Source: Hemiscyllium ocellatum (Eukaryota). Taken from it: DNA of 64,000 nt. The position numbers and the translations under genes were made by a program. The notes beneath the pieces are model-generated. The model was not told the origin of the DNA. It saw only the letters and a list, made by a program, of their open reading frames with translations, and ran no database searches. The stretch spans positions 2,826,117-2,890,116 of the forward strand of contig NC_083410.1 of the NCBI RefSeq assembly GCF_020745735.1, written 5' to 3'. Below are positions 34,011 through 45,403 of this stretch, in pieces (the stretch's first letter is position 1; the number at the start of each line of letters is the position of its first letter).

Positions 34011-34654
34011 CATCACAGAGACGATCCAGTCAGCATGTGATGCCCTTCCACACGGACTGGCTACGGACCAGGTCTTCCTTGGGAGAATGAGTTGTCAGGC
34101 AACTGAAGTTCTTGAAAAGGTGCAGTTACTCTGATCAAATTCCATACAATTGATACACACCTCTTATTGCCGAGACAGTTACAAATCAAACTGACCTCTA
34201 ATAGATTTCCCAATCCTAAGGGGATTCAAACAAGTTGAGAGGAATTTGGATCACTGAGTGACGCAGGGGGTTAGGTAAATAAATGTTGGCTCCTAGCCAG
34301 CGATATCCTCATCCCATGATTGAGTAGTAAAACAAGTCATTCAGGAGAAGGAAGTCTGATAGCACACTCTTGTGGCCATTTGTGTATTTATGCTGTCTTT
34401 CAGTGATCCCGGGAATAAGCCACTTTTTGAGTTGGCGTTTGATTTTCCACATGCTAGTCCCTGTCTTGCATTTGTCCTGCAATGACGTCACACAGGCAGG
34501 TGACATTTCAGAAACAAGGTAAGAGTTTCAGGGTCAGTTTTATTGTTATCTGATTTTAATTTTGATGAAAGCATCATTTCCAAATTGAATTTTTACAGCT
34601 GAAAACAAAACATGCTGGAAATCACAGCACCCATGGAGAGAGAGCAAGCTAAGT

Positions 34655-34967
34655 GGGCAGCATGGTGGTACTGCTGTCTCACAGCGCCAGGGACCCGGGT
34701 TCAATTCCCACCTCAGGCGACTGACTGTGTGGAGTTTGCACGTTCTCCCCGTGTCTGCGTGGGTTTCCTCTGGGTGCTCCGGTTTCCTCCCACAGTCCAA
34801 AAAAAATGTGCAAGGTTAGGTGAATTGGCCATGCTAAATTACCCGTAGTGTTAGGTGAAGGGGTAAATGTAGGGGAATGGATCTGGGTGGGTTGCTCTTC
34901 GGCGGGTCGCTGTGGACTTGTTGGGCCGAAGGGCCTGTTTCCATACTGTAAGTAATCGAAATCTAAT
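34655..34967 (+). mobile_element. HE1/V-SINE-like copy nested in a hairpin element (about 34600-35077)
   Basis: SINE body and tail; the flanks are mutually reverse-complementary (aaaacatgctggaaatcacagc / gctgtgatctacagcatttgttgtttt). Confidence 0.85.
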
Positions 34968-35513
34968 GTTTCCAGTCTGGATGAATCTTTATTATTAATC
35001 TAGACTTGAAATGTTAGCTTGCTCTCTTTCCTCGGATGCTGCCTGACCCGCTGTGATCTACAGCATTTGTTGTTTTAGGACAGAATTTGCTTCTATCCTG
35101 AATTTTTACAACTGTCTTTGGTGGGATTTGAGCTGATGTCCTCTGGATGATGATTCCAGAATTACAACCATGACACGACTCGATTTGACTAAAACCCTGA
35201 GGGTCAGAGCCTGAAGTAGCACGATATTTATTAACATAATCCCCGACGTGAGACACAACCCAACACATTAATAACCACGAAGCTTCTTTCACTCAATGAT
35301 TGATGTTGACCTCTGACCAGGATGATTGACAGTTTCAGACCCACACACTGGCAGAGTCTTGCAGATGGGATCAAATTAAACTCCGTCTGCCTGCTGCACT
35401 GGATGGAAAACGTGCCCTGGCACTACTATAGGATCTTGCTGTGCTTTTTCTTTGTTTTACGATGGCTTCAAGACGGGGCCCATCGCCCCCTGCCCAAGGT
35501 TAACCAAGCTTAC

Positions 35514-35657
35514 CTTCACTAGGTTGATGTACTCTTCACAGGGGAGCTGATAGACCTGGTTCTTCAGGTGGAGCACCGATTTAACCAGCTCCATGACCTG
35601 AGGGTAGATGGTGTCATTCGAGCGGTCCAGGTTGGCCGTGGGAGCTGCTTGTATTGG
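35514..35657 (-). CDS. PTK2B: PTK2B FAT helix-1 exon (PIQAAPTANLDRSNDTIYPQVMELVKSVLHLKNQVYQLPCEEYINLVK)
   Basis: 144 nt, phase 0-0, AG/GT; PTANLDR motif. Confidence 0.95.
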
Positions 35658-35949
35658 CTGGATGTGTGGAAAAGGAGCATCATCAGGTGCTGAAGCTGAC
35701 ACAGAAAGGTTTCATTCACTGTTTAGGAACGGCATCCTCTGAAATGGGAGCACGCTGATGGTGAATTTAGATACCTTTCAGCATGCTCATGGGAACAGGA
35801 GCAGGAGTAGGCCATTCAGCCCCTCAGGCCCGCTCTGCCATTCAATACGCTCACAGCCGATCTGCTGTAACAATTCTATTTCTCCCTCCGCACTATCCCC
35901 AGATTGCTTCAGTATCGGGAAAAGATCAACTTGTTTTCGAGGGAGTATT

Positions 35950-36490
35950 GCAGAGATTCACTCAGAGTCAAACAGCCCAGAAACAGACCCTTCGGTCCAA
36001 CCAGTCCATGCTGACCACAATCCCAAACTGAACGGTTCCCACCTGCCTGTGCGTGGCCATATCCTTCCCTCCCTTTCCTATTCATGTGCCTATCCAGATC
36101 ATTTAAATGTTGTAACTGTATCTGCATCCACCAGTTCCTCTAGCAGTACACTCCAAACACAAACAAACACCTCTCTGTGTAAAGAGTTGTTCTTCATAAC
36201 CTTTTTAAAACTTTCCCCTCTCGCCTTAGAAATATGCCCCCTGGTTTTGAACTCCCCCACCCCAGGGAAAAAGACCCTTGGCTATTCACCTTATCTGTTT
36301 CCCGTATGATTTTATAAACCCCCTATAAGGTCACTTCTCAACCTCCTACACTGCAGTGAAGGAAGTCCCAGCCTATCCAGTCTCTCCTCACATCTCAAAC
36401 TCACCATTCCTGGCAACATCCTGGTCAATCTCTTTTGAACCCTCTCCAGTTTAATCATATCCTTCCCACGGCAGGGTGACCAGAACTGGA
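35950..36490 (-). mobile_element. CR1 3' fragment
   Basis: Homologous to the other CR1 3' ends in the window. Confidence 0.75.
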
Positions 36491-36934
36491 CCCAGTCTGG
36501 GTGGGTGCTGGAACAGGCTCAGGCGACTGAGTGCCTAACTTGCTCTGTGGTTTCAGAAGAGGCTTGGTCTCAGTGCAGCTGAATGCTCAACAAATTGGGC
36601 AAGACTTTCAGAATTGGCATCAATTCATGGAGAACACTCTCAAATAATTTCACAAGGCAAGCTGGACAAGGGGAAGTGTATAATGCCACAAAGTTGGAGT
36701 GCCATCTGTTCAGAGAGCCCATAGGATTCCCCTCAGCGTTGTATACTCGGATATGCAGTGCTAGAGACTGGCTGGTATATTGAAGATTTGGTGGTGAGGA
36801 GTGTTACAGAACGCACACGGTAACCCATTGCTGATATCAGCTCTCTAACCAAATCAGCTCCCCCCCAACATCAGGCTGACACAACATTCCCAGATTATTC
36901 CCCTGAACAGCAGGACACTTGGTCAGGTACTCAC

Positions 36935-36981
36935 CGGGAGGTTTTTCCGCGGAGGTTTTTCGGGTGGCACTGTGAACTCAG
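36935..36981 (-). CDS. PTK2B: PTK2B proline-rich exon (xEFTVPPEKPPRKNLP)
   Basis: 47 nt, phase 1-0; matches Pyk2 EFTGPPQKPPRLGAQ. Confidence 0.88.
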
Positions 36982-38316
36982 CTCCAAAATAAGGGACAGA
37001 AAGAACACGGTGATTAGAATGTCTGCACCAAGTAGCATTTAGACAGCACACAGTCTAACCTTCTGGCTGGTTTGATTCACTCGTGGGATGTGGGTATCAC
37101 TGTCTGGGGCCAGTCCCTAGTTGCCCCTGGAGAAGGTGGTGGTGAGGAGCTGCCTTCTTGAACCACCTACAGCAGTCCATGGGATGCAGGCTCACGATGC
37201 TGAGAGATGGTGTTGTGGCGGTTACTCTTCCTGAGAGGTACCCAGCACATTCCGAGTGCTGGCCTCCTCACAGCACTCAGCTTCATGCTCTTGGTTCCCT
37301 CCCTGCCAACACTTGCTTCACCAACTTCACTTAAGTCCCCACAATGCTCCCCACCCCCCGGGTCACTCTCCAGGGACTGGAGCAGGATTCAGACAGAGTT
37401 CTGTGTTGCTGGGTGACCCAATGTGAACAGTATGATTGTTCAAAAACTACATTCACTACAAACCTTACGATAGGTGATTAGAATCAACAGCTCGTATGGA
37501 CGTGTCATCACTGACAGAGCTGCAGAGAGTGTGTGGTCAGTCAGTGCCTGTGTATAACTGCAGTCTCAACATACACACTGCAATCCTGGAGAGCTACAGA
37601 CTGCCCAGGTTCTCAGGAGGCAGAGGTGGGTACGGCAGATGATAGTCAAGATCAGAGAGGTGCTCGAAATGCACAGCAGGGCAGGCAGCATCTGAGGAGC
37701 AGGAAAATCGACAGGAATTCCTGATGAAGGGCTTTTGCCCAAAATGTCGATTTTCCTGCTCCGTGGATGCTGCCTGACCTGCTGTGATCTTCCAGCACCA
37801 TGCTTATCTTGACTCCTTCAGGTTCTCAATCAATCTTTGTCCACATAGTAACACCTGGGCAACGCTCAGGCTAGGCTTGAAGGAGAGATTTGAGCTGTGT
37901 CCAATTCAATGCCGTACCATTGCTGGATCCCTCCCAACCACCACCAACCCCACTGTAAACCTGGCACTTACTGTAGCAAGGCTCCTGGTCACTGTCCTGA
38001 AAAATAAGAGATGAGAGACAAGGTGATGTTTCCTCAGTTTGTTACTTTCTGCCCCAAAGCCGAGTCAGTTAATCACAGTCCCCCACACCATCGAGTGTGT
38101 TCCTCTCAATGACTCCTCACCCCCAGGGCACTGACACAAGATCCTGTGACACCAACCCCACATTTCTGACCCACCAACAAACCACATCATTAGCTATCCC
38201 GCTGGAGAGTAAAACAATACTGGGCAGATCTCCTGGTCAGTCTCCGGGAAGGCGGATCTTAAGACAAGCAGCAACATCATTGACCAATGCATGTGATTAG
38301 TTATCAACTACATTTC

Positions 38317-39785
38317 AGTTACAGACAAAAAAACTGCAGATGCTGGAATCCAAAGTAGACAGGCAGCAGGCTGGAAGAACACAGCAAGGCAGGCAGCATC
38401 AGGAGGGAGAGGGAACACAGCAAGGCAGGCAGCATCAGGAGGGAGAGGGAACACAGCAAGGCAGGCAGTATCAGGAGGGAGAGGGACACAGCAAGGCAGG
38501 CAGCATCAGGAGGGAGAGGGACACAGCAAGGCAGGCAGCATCAGGAGGGAGGGGGACACAGCAAGGCAGGCAGTATCAGGAGGGAGAGGGACACAGCAAG
38601 GCAGGCAGCATCAGGAGGGAGAGGGACATAGCAAGGCAGGCAGCATCAGGAGGGATAGGGAACACAGCAAGGCAGGCAGCATCAGGAGGGAGAGGGAACA
38701 CAGCAAGGCAGGCAGCATCAGGAGGGAGAGGGACACAGCAAGGCAGGCAGCATCAGGAGGGAGAGGGACACAGCAAGGCAGGCAGCATCAGGAGGGAGGG
38801 GGAACACAGCAAGACAGGCAGCATCCGGAGGGAGAGGGAACACAGCAAGGCAGGCAGCATCAGGAGGGAGAGGGAGCACAGCAAGGCAGGCAGCATCAGG
38901 AGGGAGAGGAACACAGCAAGGCAGGCAGCATCCGGAGGGAGAGGGAACACAGCAAGGCAGGCAGCATCAGGAGGGAGAGGGAGCACAGCAAGGCAGGCAG
39001 CATCAGGAGGGAGAGGGAACACAGCAAGGCAGGCAGCATCAGGAGGGAGAGGGAACACAGCAAGGCAGGCAGCATCCGGAGGGAGAGGGAACACAGCAAG
39101 GCAGGTAGTATCAGGAGGGAGAGGGAACACAGCAAGGCAGGCAGCATCAGGAGGGAGAGGGAGCACAGCAAGGCAGGTAGTATCAGGATTAGATTAGACT
39201 TAGATTAGACTTACAGTGTGGAAACAGGCCCTTCGGCCCAACAAGTCCACACCGACCCGCCGAAGCGAAACCCCACCCATACCCCTACATTACCCCTTAC
39301 CTAACACTACGGGCAATTTAGCATGGCCAATTCACCTGACCCGCACATCTTTGGACTGTGGGAGGAAACCGGAGCACCCGGAGGAAACCCACGCAGACAC
39401 GGGGAGAACGTGCAAACTCCACACAGTCAGTCGCCTGAGTCGGGAATTGAACCCGGGTCTTCAGGCGCTGTGAGGCAGCAGTGCTAACCACTGTGCCACC
39501 GTGCCGCATCAGGAGGGAGAGGGAACACAGCAAGGCAGGCAGTATCAGGAGGGAGAGGGAACACAGCAAGGCAGGCAGTATCAGGAGGGAGAGGGAACAC
39601 AGCAAGGCAGGCAGCATCAGGAGGGAGAGGGACACAGCAAGGCAGGCAGTATCAGGAGGTGGAGAAATCAATGTTTCAAATATAACCCTTCTTCAGTCCT
39701 GAAAATTGGTTATACCCAAAACACCAATCTCTCCACCTCCTGCTGCTGCCTGCCTTGCTGTGTTCTTTCAGCCTCCTGCCTGTCT
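38317..39785. mobile_element. Inverted-repeat element with 11-bp TSD whose left arm expanded into a 35-36-bp minisatellite
   Basis: TSD AACTACATTTC at 38306-16 and 39786-96; about 50-bp inverted termini; repeat unit cagcaaggcaggcagcatcaggagggagagggaaca at 38380-39188 and 39508-39660. Confidence 0.8.
39189..39507 (-). mobile_element. HE1/V-SINE-like copy with 7-bp TSD ATCAGGA
   Basis: Full-length SINE inside the minisatellite. Confidence 0.9.
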
Positions 39786-39979
39786 AACTACATTTCGGCG
39801 ACTGTAAAAAATAAGACCAATTAAACAACTGCAGTTTTAAGTTTTTTTGCAGGAATTTAAATAAAACACTGTGAATGTTGACAATCTGAAACAAACCCAG
39901 GGATAGTCAGCAGTATCTCTGTGAGAGTGAAGCACTGTTCATGTTTCAATCTGAATGCAAACTTTTTAAAAAATTCATT

Positions 39980-41140
39980 GATGGAATGTTACTGGCTGGG
40001 CCCTGCATTTATTACCCCATCCCTAGTTGCCTCTTTAAAAGGTAAGGGTGAGCTGCCTTCTTGAACTGCTGCAGTCCATGTGCTGTGGTTTGACCCACAG
40101 GGAGGGAATGCCGTGAGGGAGGGAATTCCAGGATTTTGGCCCAGTGACAGTGGAGGAACGGTGATACATTTCCAAGTTGGAATGGGGAGTGGCCCGGAGG
40201 GGAACATGCAGGGAGTGGTGTTCCCATGGACCTGCTGCCCTTGTCCCTCTAGATGGAAGTGGTCATGGGTTTGGCAGATGCTGTCTGAGGATCTTTGATG
40301 AATTTCTTCAGTGCATCTTGTAGATAGTACACACCGCAGCTACTGAGTGTTGGTGGGCGGGGGGGCAGGGGTCTGCGGTTGGACAGAGCGGATATTTGTG
40401 GATGCGGTGCCAATCAAATGGGCTGCTTTATCCTGGATGGTGTCAAGCTTCTTGAGCCTTGTTGGAGCCACACTCCAACCATTTCTTGATATCACGTGGA
40501 GTGAACTCAATTATCTGGAGCCTGGTGTCTGTGAGGCTGGGGACCACTGGAGGAGGCTGAGATCGATCAACCATTTGACATTTCTGGTTGAAGATTGCTG
40601 TGAAAGCTGCAGCCTTATCTGTTGCTGGGCTCCTCCATCATTGAGGATGGAGATATTTGTAGAGCCTTCTCCTCCAGTGAGTGATTAATTGTCCACCACT
40701 ACTCATGACTGGATGTAACAGGACTGCAGAGTTTAGATCTGATCCGTTGGCTACGGGATCGCTTAGCTCTGTCCATCACTTGCTGTTTGGAATGCGAATA
40801 GTCCTGTTTGGTCGCTTCGCCAGGTTGGCATCTCATCTTCAGGTCTGCCTGGTGCTGCTCCTGGCATGCCCTCCTGCCTTGTCCCTTGAACCCGGGTTGA
40901 CCCTGGTTTGAGGGTAATGGGTGAGTGGGGGATATCCCGGGCCATGAGGTTACAGATTGTACTGGAGTACAGTTCTGCTGCTGTTGATGACCCACAGCAC
41001 CTCATGGACGCCCAGCCTTGAGTTGCTAGATCTGATCGAAGTCTGTCCCATTTAGCACGGTGATAGTGCCACACAGCGCTTTCTCAACGTGAAGGTGGGA
41101 CATTGTCTCCACAAGGACTGTGCTGTAGTCACTCTTCCCC
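39980..41140 (-). mobile_element. Second LINE family fragment (linker region and 3' end)
   Basis: WHYHRAKWDRLRSDLATQGWASMR... plus the shared 3' end. Confidence 0.75.
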
Positions 41141-41244
41141 ATACTGTCATGGAGCACGGCATTCAGAATTCAGACCTATCACTGGCAGTTATTGTGTTTA
41201 ATTTTAACAAAAACTGAATCACCAAAATAATCACTTCTACATAT

Positions 41245-44090
41245 AACATAGAACAGTACAGCACAGAACAGGCCCTTCAGCCCACGATGTTGTGCCGACC
41301 ACTGATCCTCATGTCTGCATCCTCAAATTTCTGTGACCATATGCATGTCCAGGAGTCTCTTAAATGTCCCCAGTGACCTTGCTTCCACAACTGCTGCTGG
41401 CAACGCATTCCATGCTCTCACAACTCTCTGTGTAAAGAACCCGCCTCTCACATCCCCTCTACACTTTCCGCCAACCAGCTTAAAACAATGACCCCTCGTG
41501 TTGGCTATTTCTGCCCTGGGAAATAGTCTCTGGCTATCAACTCTATCTATGCCTCTCATTATCTTGTAAATCTTAATACGGTCCCCTCTCCTCCTCCCTT
41601 TCTCCAATGAAAAAAGTCCGAGCTCAGTCAACCTCTCTTCATAAGATAAGCCCTCCAGTCCAGGCAGCATCCTGGTAAACCTCCTCTGAACCCTTTCCAA
41701 AGCATCCACATCTTTCCTATAATAGGGCGACCAGAACTGGACGCAGTATTCCAAGTGCGGTCTAACCAAAGTTTTATAGAGCTGCAACAAGATCTCATGG
41801 CTCTTAAACTTAATCCCCCTGTTAATGAAAGCCAAAACACCATATGCTTTCTCAACAACTCTGTCTACTTGGGTGGCCATTTTAAGGGATCGATGTACCT
41901 GCACACCAAGATCCGTCTGTTCCTCCACAATGCCAAGAATCCTGTACTCAACTTTCAAGTTTGACCATCCAAAATGCATCACTTCGCATTTATCCAGGTC
42001 GAAGTCAATCTGCCACCTTTCAGCCCATCTCTGCATCCTGTCAAAGTCCTGCTGCAGCCTACAACAGCCCTCTATACTGTCAACGACACCTCCAACCTTT
42101 GTGTAATCTGCAAACTTGCCAACCCATCCTTCAATTCCCCTCATCCAAGTCATTAATAAAAATTACAAAGAGTTGAGGTCCAAGGACAGAGCCCTGTGGA
42201 ACACCACTCACCGCTGACTTCCAGGCAGAATACTTTCCTTCCACTACCACTCGCTGTCTTCTGTCGACCAGCCAATTCTGTATCCAGACAGCTTAATTTC
42301 CCTGTATCCCATTCCTCCTGACCTTCTGAACGAGCCTATCATGGGGAACCTTATCAAGTGCCTTGTTGAAGTCCAGATACACCACATCCACCGCTCTACC
42401 CTCATCAACTTGTCTAGTAACATCCTCAAAGAGGAGAAAGTGAGGACTGCAGATGCTGGAGATCAGAGCTGAAAATGTGTTGCTGGAAAAGCGCAGCAGG
42501 TCAGGCAGCATCCAAACAGCAGGAGAATCGACGTTTTGGGCATGAGCTTGAAGGGCTCATGCCCAAAATGTCGATTCTCCTGCTCTTTGGATGCTTCCTG
42601 ACCTGCTGCTCAACATCCTCAAAGAACTCAAATAGATTTGTGAGGCATGACCTGCCCTTCACAAAACCGTGTTGACTGCATTTAATCAAGCCATGCTCTT
42701 CCAGATGGTCATAAATCCTATCCCTCAGAATCCTTTCTTACACCTTGCAGATGACAGACGTGAGACTGACTGGCCTGTAATTGCCGGGGATTTCCCTATT
42801 TCCTTTCTTGAAGAGAGGAATTACATTTGCCTCCCTCCAGTCCTCAGGTATGACTCCAGTGGAGAGCGAGGATGCAAAGATCATTGCAAGTGGTGAAGCA
42901 ATCCCGCTTCCCAAAGCAGCCGAGGACAAATCTGGTCTGGCCCTGGCGACTTGTCAATCTTAATGTTTGCCAAAATTTTCAGCACATCAGCTTCCTCTGT
43001 CTCTATCCGTTCCAGCATGCACACCTGCTCTTCAAAGGTTTCATTCACTACAAGGTCCTTTTCTTTCTTAAAAACAGAAGCAAATAACTCATTTAGAGCT
43101 TCCCCTACCTCCTCAGACTCTATACATAAGTTCCCTATGCTATCCCTGATCGGCCCTACTCTTTCTTTGATCATTCTCTTATTCCTCGCATACGTGTAAA
43201 ATGCCTTTGGATTCTTCCTAATTCTTCCTGCCAAGCTTTCTCGTGTCCCCTCCTGGCTCTCCTCAGACCATTTTTGAGCTCCCTCCTCCCCTGTCTGTAA
43301 TCCTCTAGAGCTGAGCAAGACCCTAGCTTCCTCCACCTTACATAAGCTGCCTTCTTTCTTTTGACGAGAAGCTCCTCCGCTCTCATCATCCAAGGTTCCT
43401 TTATCTTACCCCTTCTTGCCTGTCTCGGAGGAACACATTTGTGATTCATACGCAACAACTGTTCCTTAAACAGTCTCCACATGTCTATAGTACCCTTTCC
43501 ATGGAACAATTGTTCCCAGTCCATGCTTCCCAACACACGTCTGATAGTATAGTTTCCTTTTCCCCCAATTAAATATCCTCCCATTGTGCCTGCTTCTCTC
43601 CTTCTCCATAGCTATGTGGAATGTGAGGCAGTTGTGGTCACTATCACCAAAATGCTCTCCCACCACAAGATCTAACACCTGCGCCAGCTCATTGCCGAGC
43701 ACCAAATCCAAAATGATGTCTCCCCTCGTCGGCCTGTCAACGTACTGAGTTAGGAAACCCTCCTGAACACACCTTACAAAAACAGCTCCTTCCAAACCAT
43801 CTGCTCGAAGGAGGTTCCAGTCAACATTGGGAAAGTTAAAGTCACCCATTACAACAACCCTACTACATTCACACTTTTCCAAAATCTGCCGACCATGCTT
43901 TCTTCCATTTCCCTGCTGCTATTAGGGGGCCTGTAGTAAACCCCTAACGAGGTGACTGCTCCCTTGCTGTTCCTAATTTCCACCCATGCTGACTCGGTAG
44001 GCAGACCCGCCTCGACAATGGAAGCTTCTGTAGCTGTGATACAGACCCTCTCTGATTAGCAGTGCTACACCCCCTCCTCTTTCCCCCCTC
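41245..44090 (-). mobile_element. About 2.8-kb CR1 ORF2 (APE plus RT), interrupted by a hairpin element
   Basis: VVVMGDFNFP, KSPGPDQI, NYRPVSLTS, QHGFVKGRSCLTNL, KFADYTK, 276-aa C-terminal ORF 41323-42153. Confidence 0.95.
42433..42611. mobile_element. 179-bp family-1 hairpin element with 14-bp TSD
   Basis: AACATCCTCAAAGA at 42419-32 and 42612-25; arms centred on gcatgagc-ttgaagg-gctcatgc. Confidence 0.85.
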
Positions 44091-44713
44091 CCTATTCTTT
44101 TTAAATGTTCTAAATCCACTTGAGAGTAACATCAGGAAAAACGTGAATAAAATCTGCTGAGTCATCATAAAATCTTAACAGCTGTTTCAATAGTGACCTG
44201 CCAGTAACGATTCCATCGCCTTCCTGTTCAGGCCTCTCTGTCACTCTTGACTCAGATCACTTAGATCACTCCCAATGCACAGGAGCTCACTAGAAAAGGA
44301 TAAGTGGTCAGTATTCAACAGTCATCGAGGCACACAGCATGGAAACAGAGTCCTCGATTCACAGCACTGACCAGTCAAGACTTCACAGTGTCTAACACTG
44401 CTTCATCAGTGCTGTCCCCAACTCACAACCTGTTAAACATTAAATGTTACTCCTGATGCCAAGTGGGTTTGTAAAGGTACTTGTGTTCTTTACTTTTAAT
44501 TCCACTAAGTAAAACAAGAGGAGCTTGACTGGTTGGCCTGTAGATTAAGGGTTTACTTGCCCTGGTGATCTGCACAGCAACATGATCTATCCAGTCAATG
44601 TCATCACTCAGAGTTACCACCTCTAATCACATCAAAACATAAATAAAGAACGAAGAACACAGAAGAAAAATATGGCATGGATTTTGCAAATCAACTATTC
44701 ATTACTAACTTAC

Positions 44714-44740
44714 ATTTTGTGACTTGTTATCATTTGGAGC
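44714..44740 (-). CDS. PTK2B: PTK2B 27-nt microexon (APNDNKSQN)
   Basis: Very strong acceptor cattttttcctttctccccaag and donor AAT|gtaagt; phase 0-0; positional equivalent of human DPMVYMNDKSPL. Confidence 0.65.
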
Positions 44741-45157
44741 CTTGGGGAGAAAGGAAAAAATGAAAATGACCATAAATTATCTGAATCAATCATAAATATA
44801 TTCACAAAATCATCAGTCTGAACTATAAAGGCTAACAGTGAAATTGCCATGTCCCAGAGGGCCATAGGGCTCCCCTCTCATAAGAGAGACAGACAACTGG
44901 TGGGGTTTAACCTGAGGGTCACCATGCCTCAGACGAGGAGAATCCTTCATGGTAATCTCAGCTGGTGTGGGATTTGAACCCACGCTGATGGCATCACTCT
45001 GCATTACAAACCAGCCACTCAGAACACCCAGCTAACCCAGAACTACATTTACAAAACCCGGTTTTACTGAAACATTCCGGTAGAAATATTCAATTCACCA
45101 CCTCCTCATAAGGTGATAGCTTTCAACGTAATGAAATCTGCTTCAAGAGAAATCCTA

Positions 45158-45235
45158 TCGCGACATTCCCCTCGTCGCGACGTCCCCCTCGTCGCGACAT
45201 CCCCCTCGTCGCGACGTCCCCCTCATCGCGACATT
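45158..45235. repeat. 17-bp CpG-rich tandem repeat TCGCGAC(A/G)TCCCCCTCG, about 4.5 copies
   Basis: Direct inspection. Confidence 0.9.
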
Positions 45236-45253
45236 AAAAAGAATGTGACTTAC

Positions 45254-45403
45254 CAGAAGCTTCTCCTCTTTCTCCAGCCATTTTTTATCCTCTAGCATCT
45301 CTCGTTGCTGTTGTCTGATCCTCTCCTGAAGTTTGGCTTGTTCAATTTCCCGCAGTTTTTGAGCCTCCTCTTTAATGTTGATCTCACCAATAAGATCAGA
45401 TTC
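45254..45403 (-). CDS. PTK2B: PTK2B exon (ESDLIGEINIKEEAQKLREIEQAKLQERIRQQQREMLEDKKWLEKEEKLL)
   Basis: 150 nt, phase 0-0, AG/GT; matches Pyk2 EEAQQLWE...QQKQMVEDYQWLRQEEKSL. Confidence 0.93.

Noticed and set aside
38340-39197. 285-aa ORF with repeated TARQAASGGRG units
   Set aside because: Translation of the 35-36-bp TE-derived minisatellite
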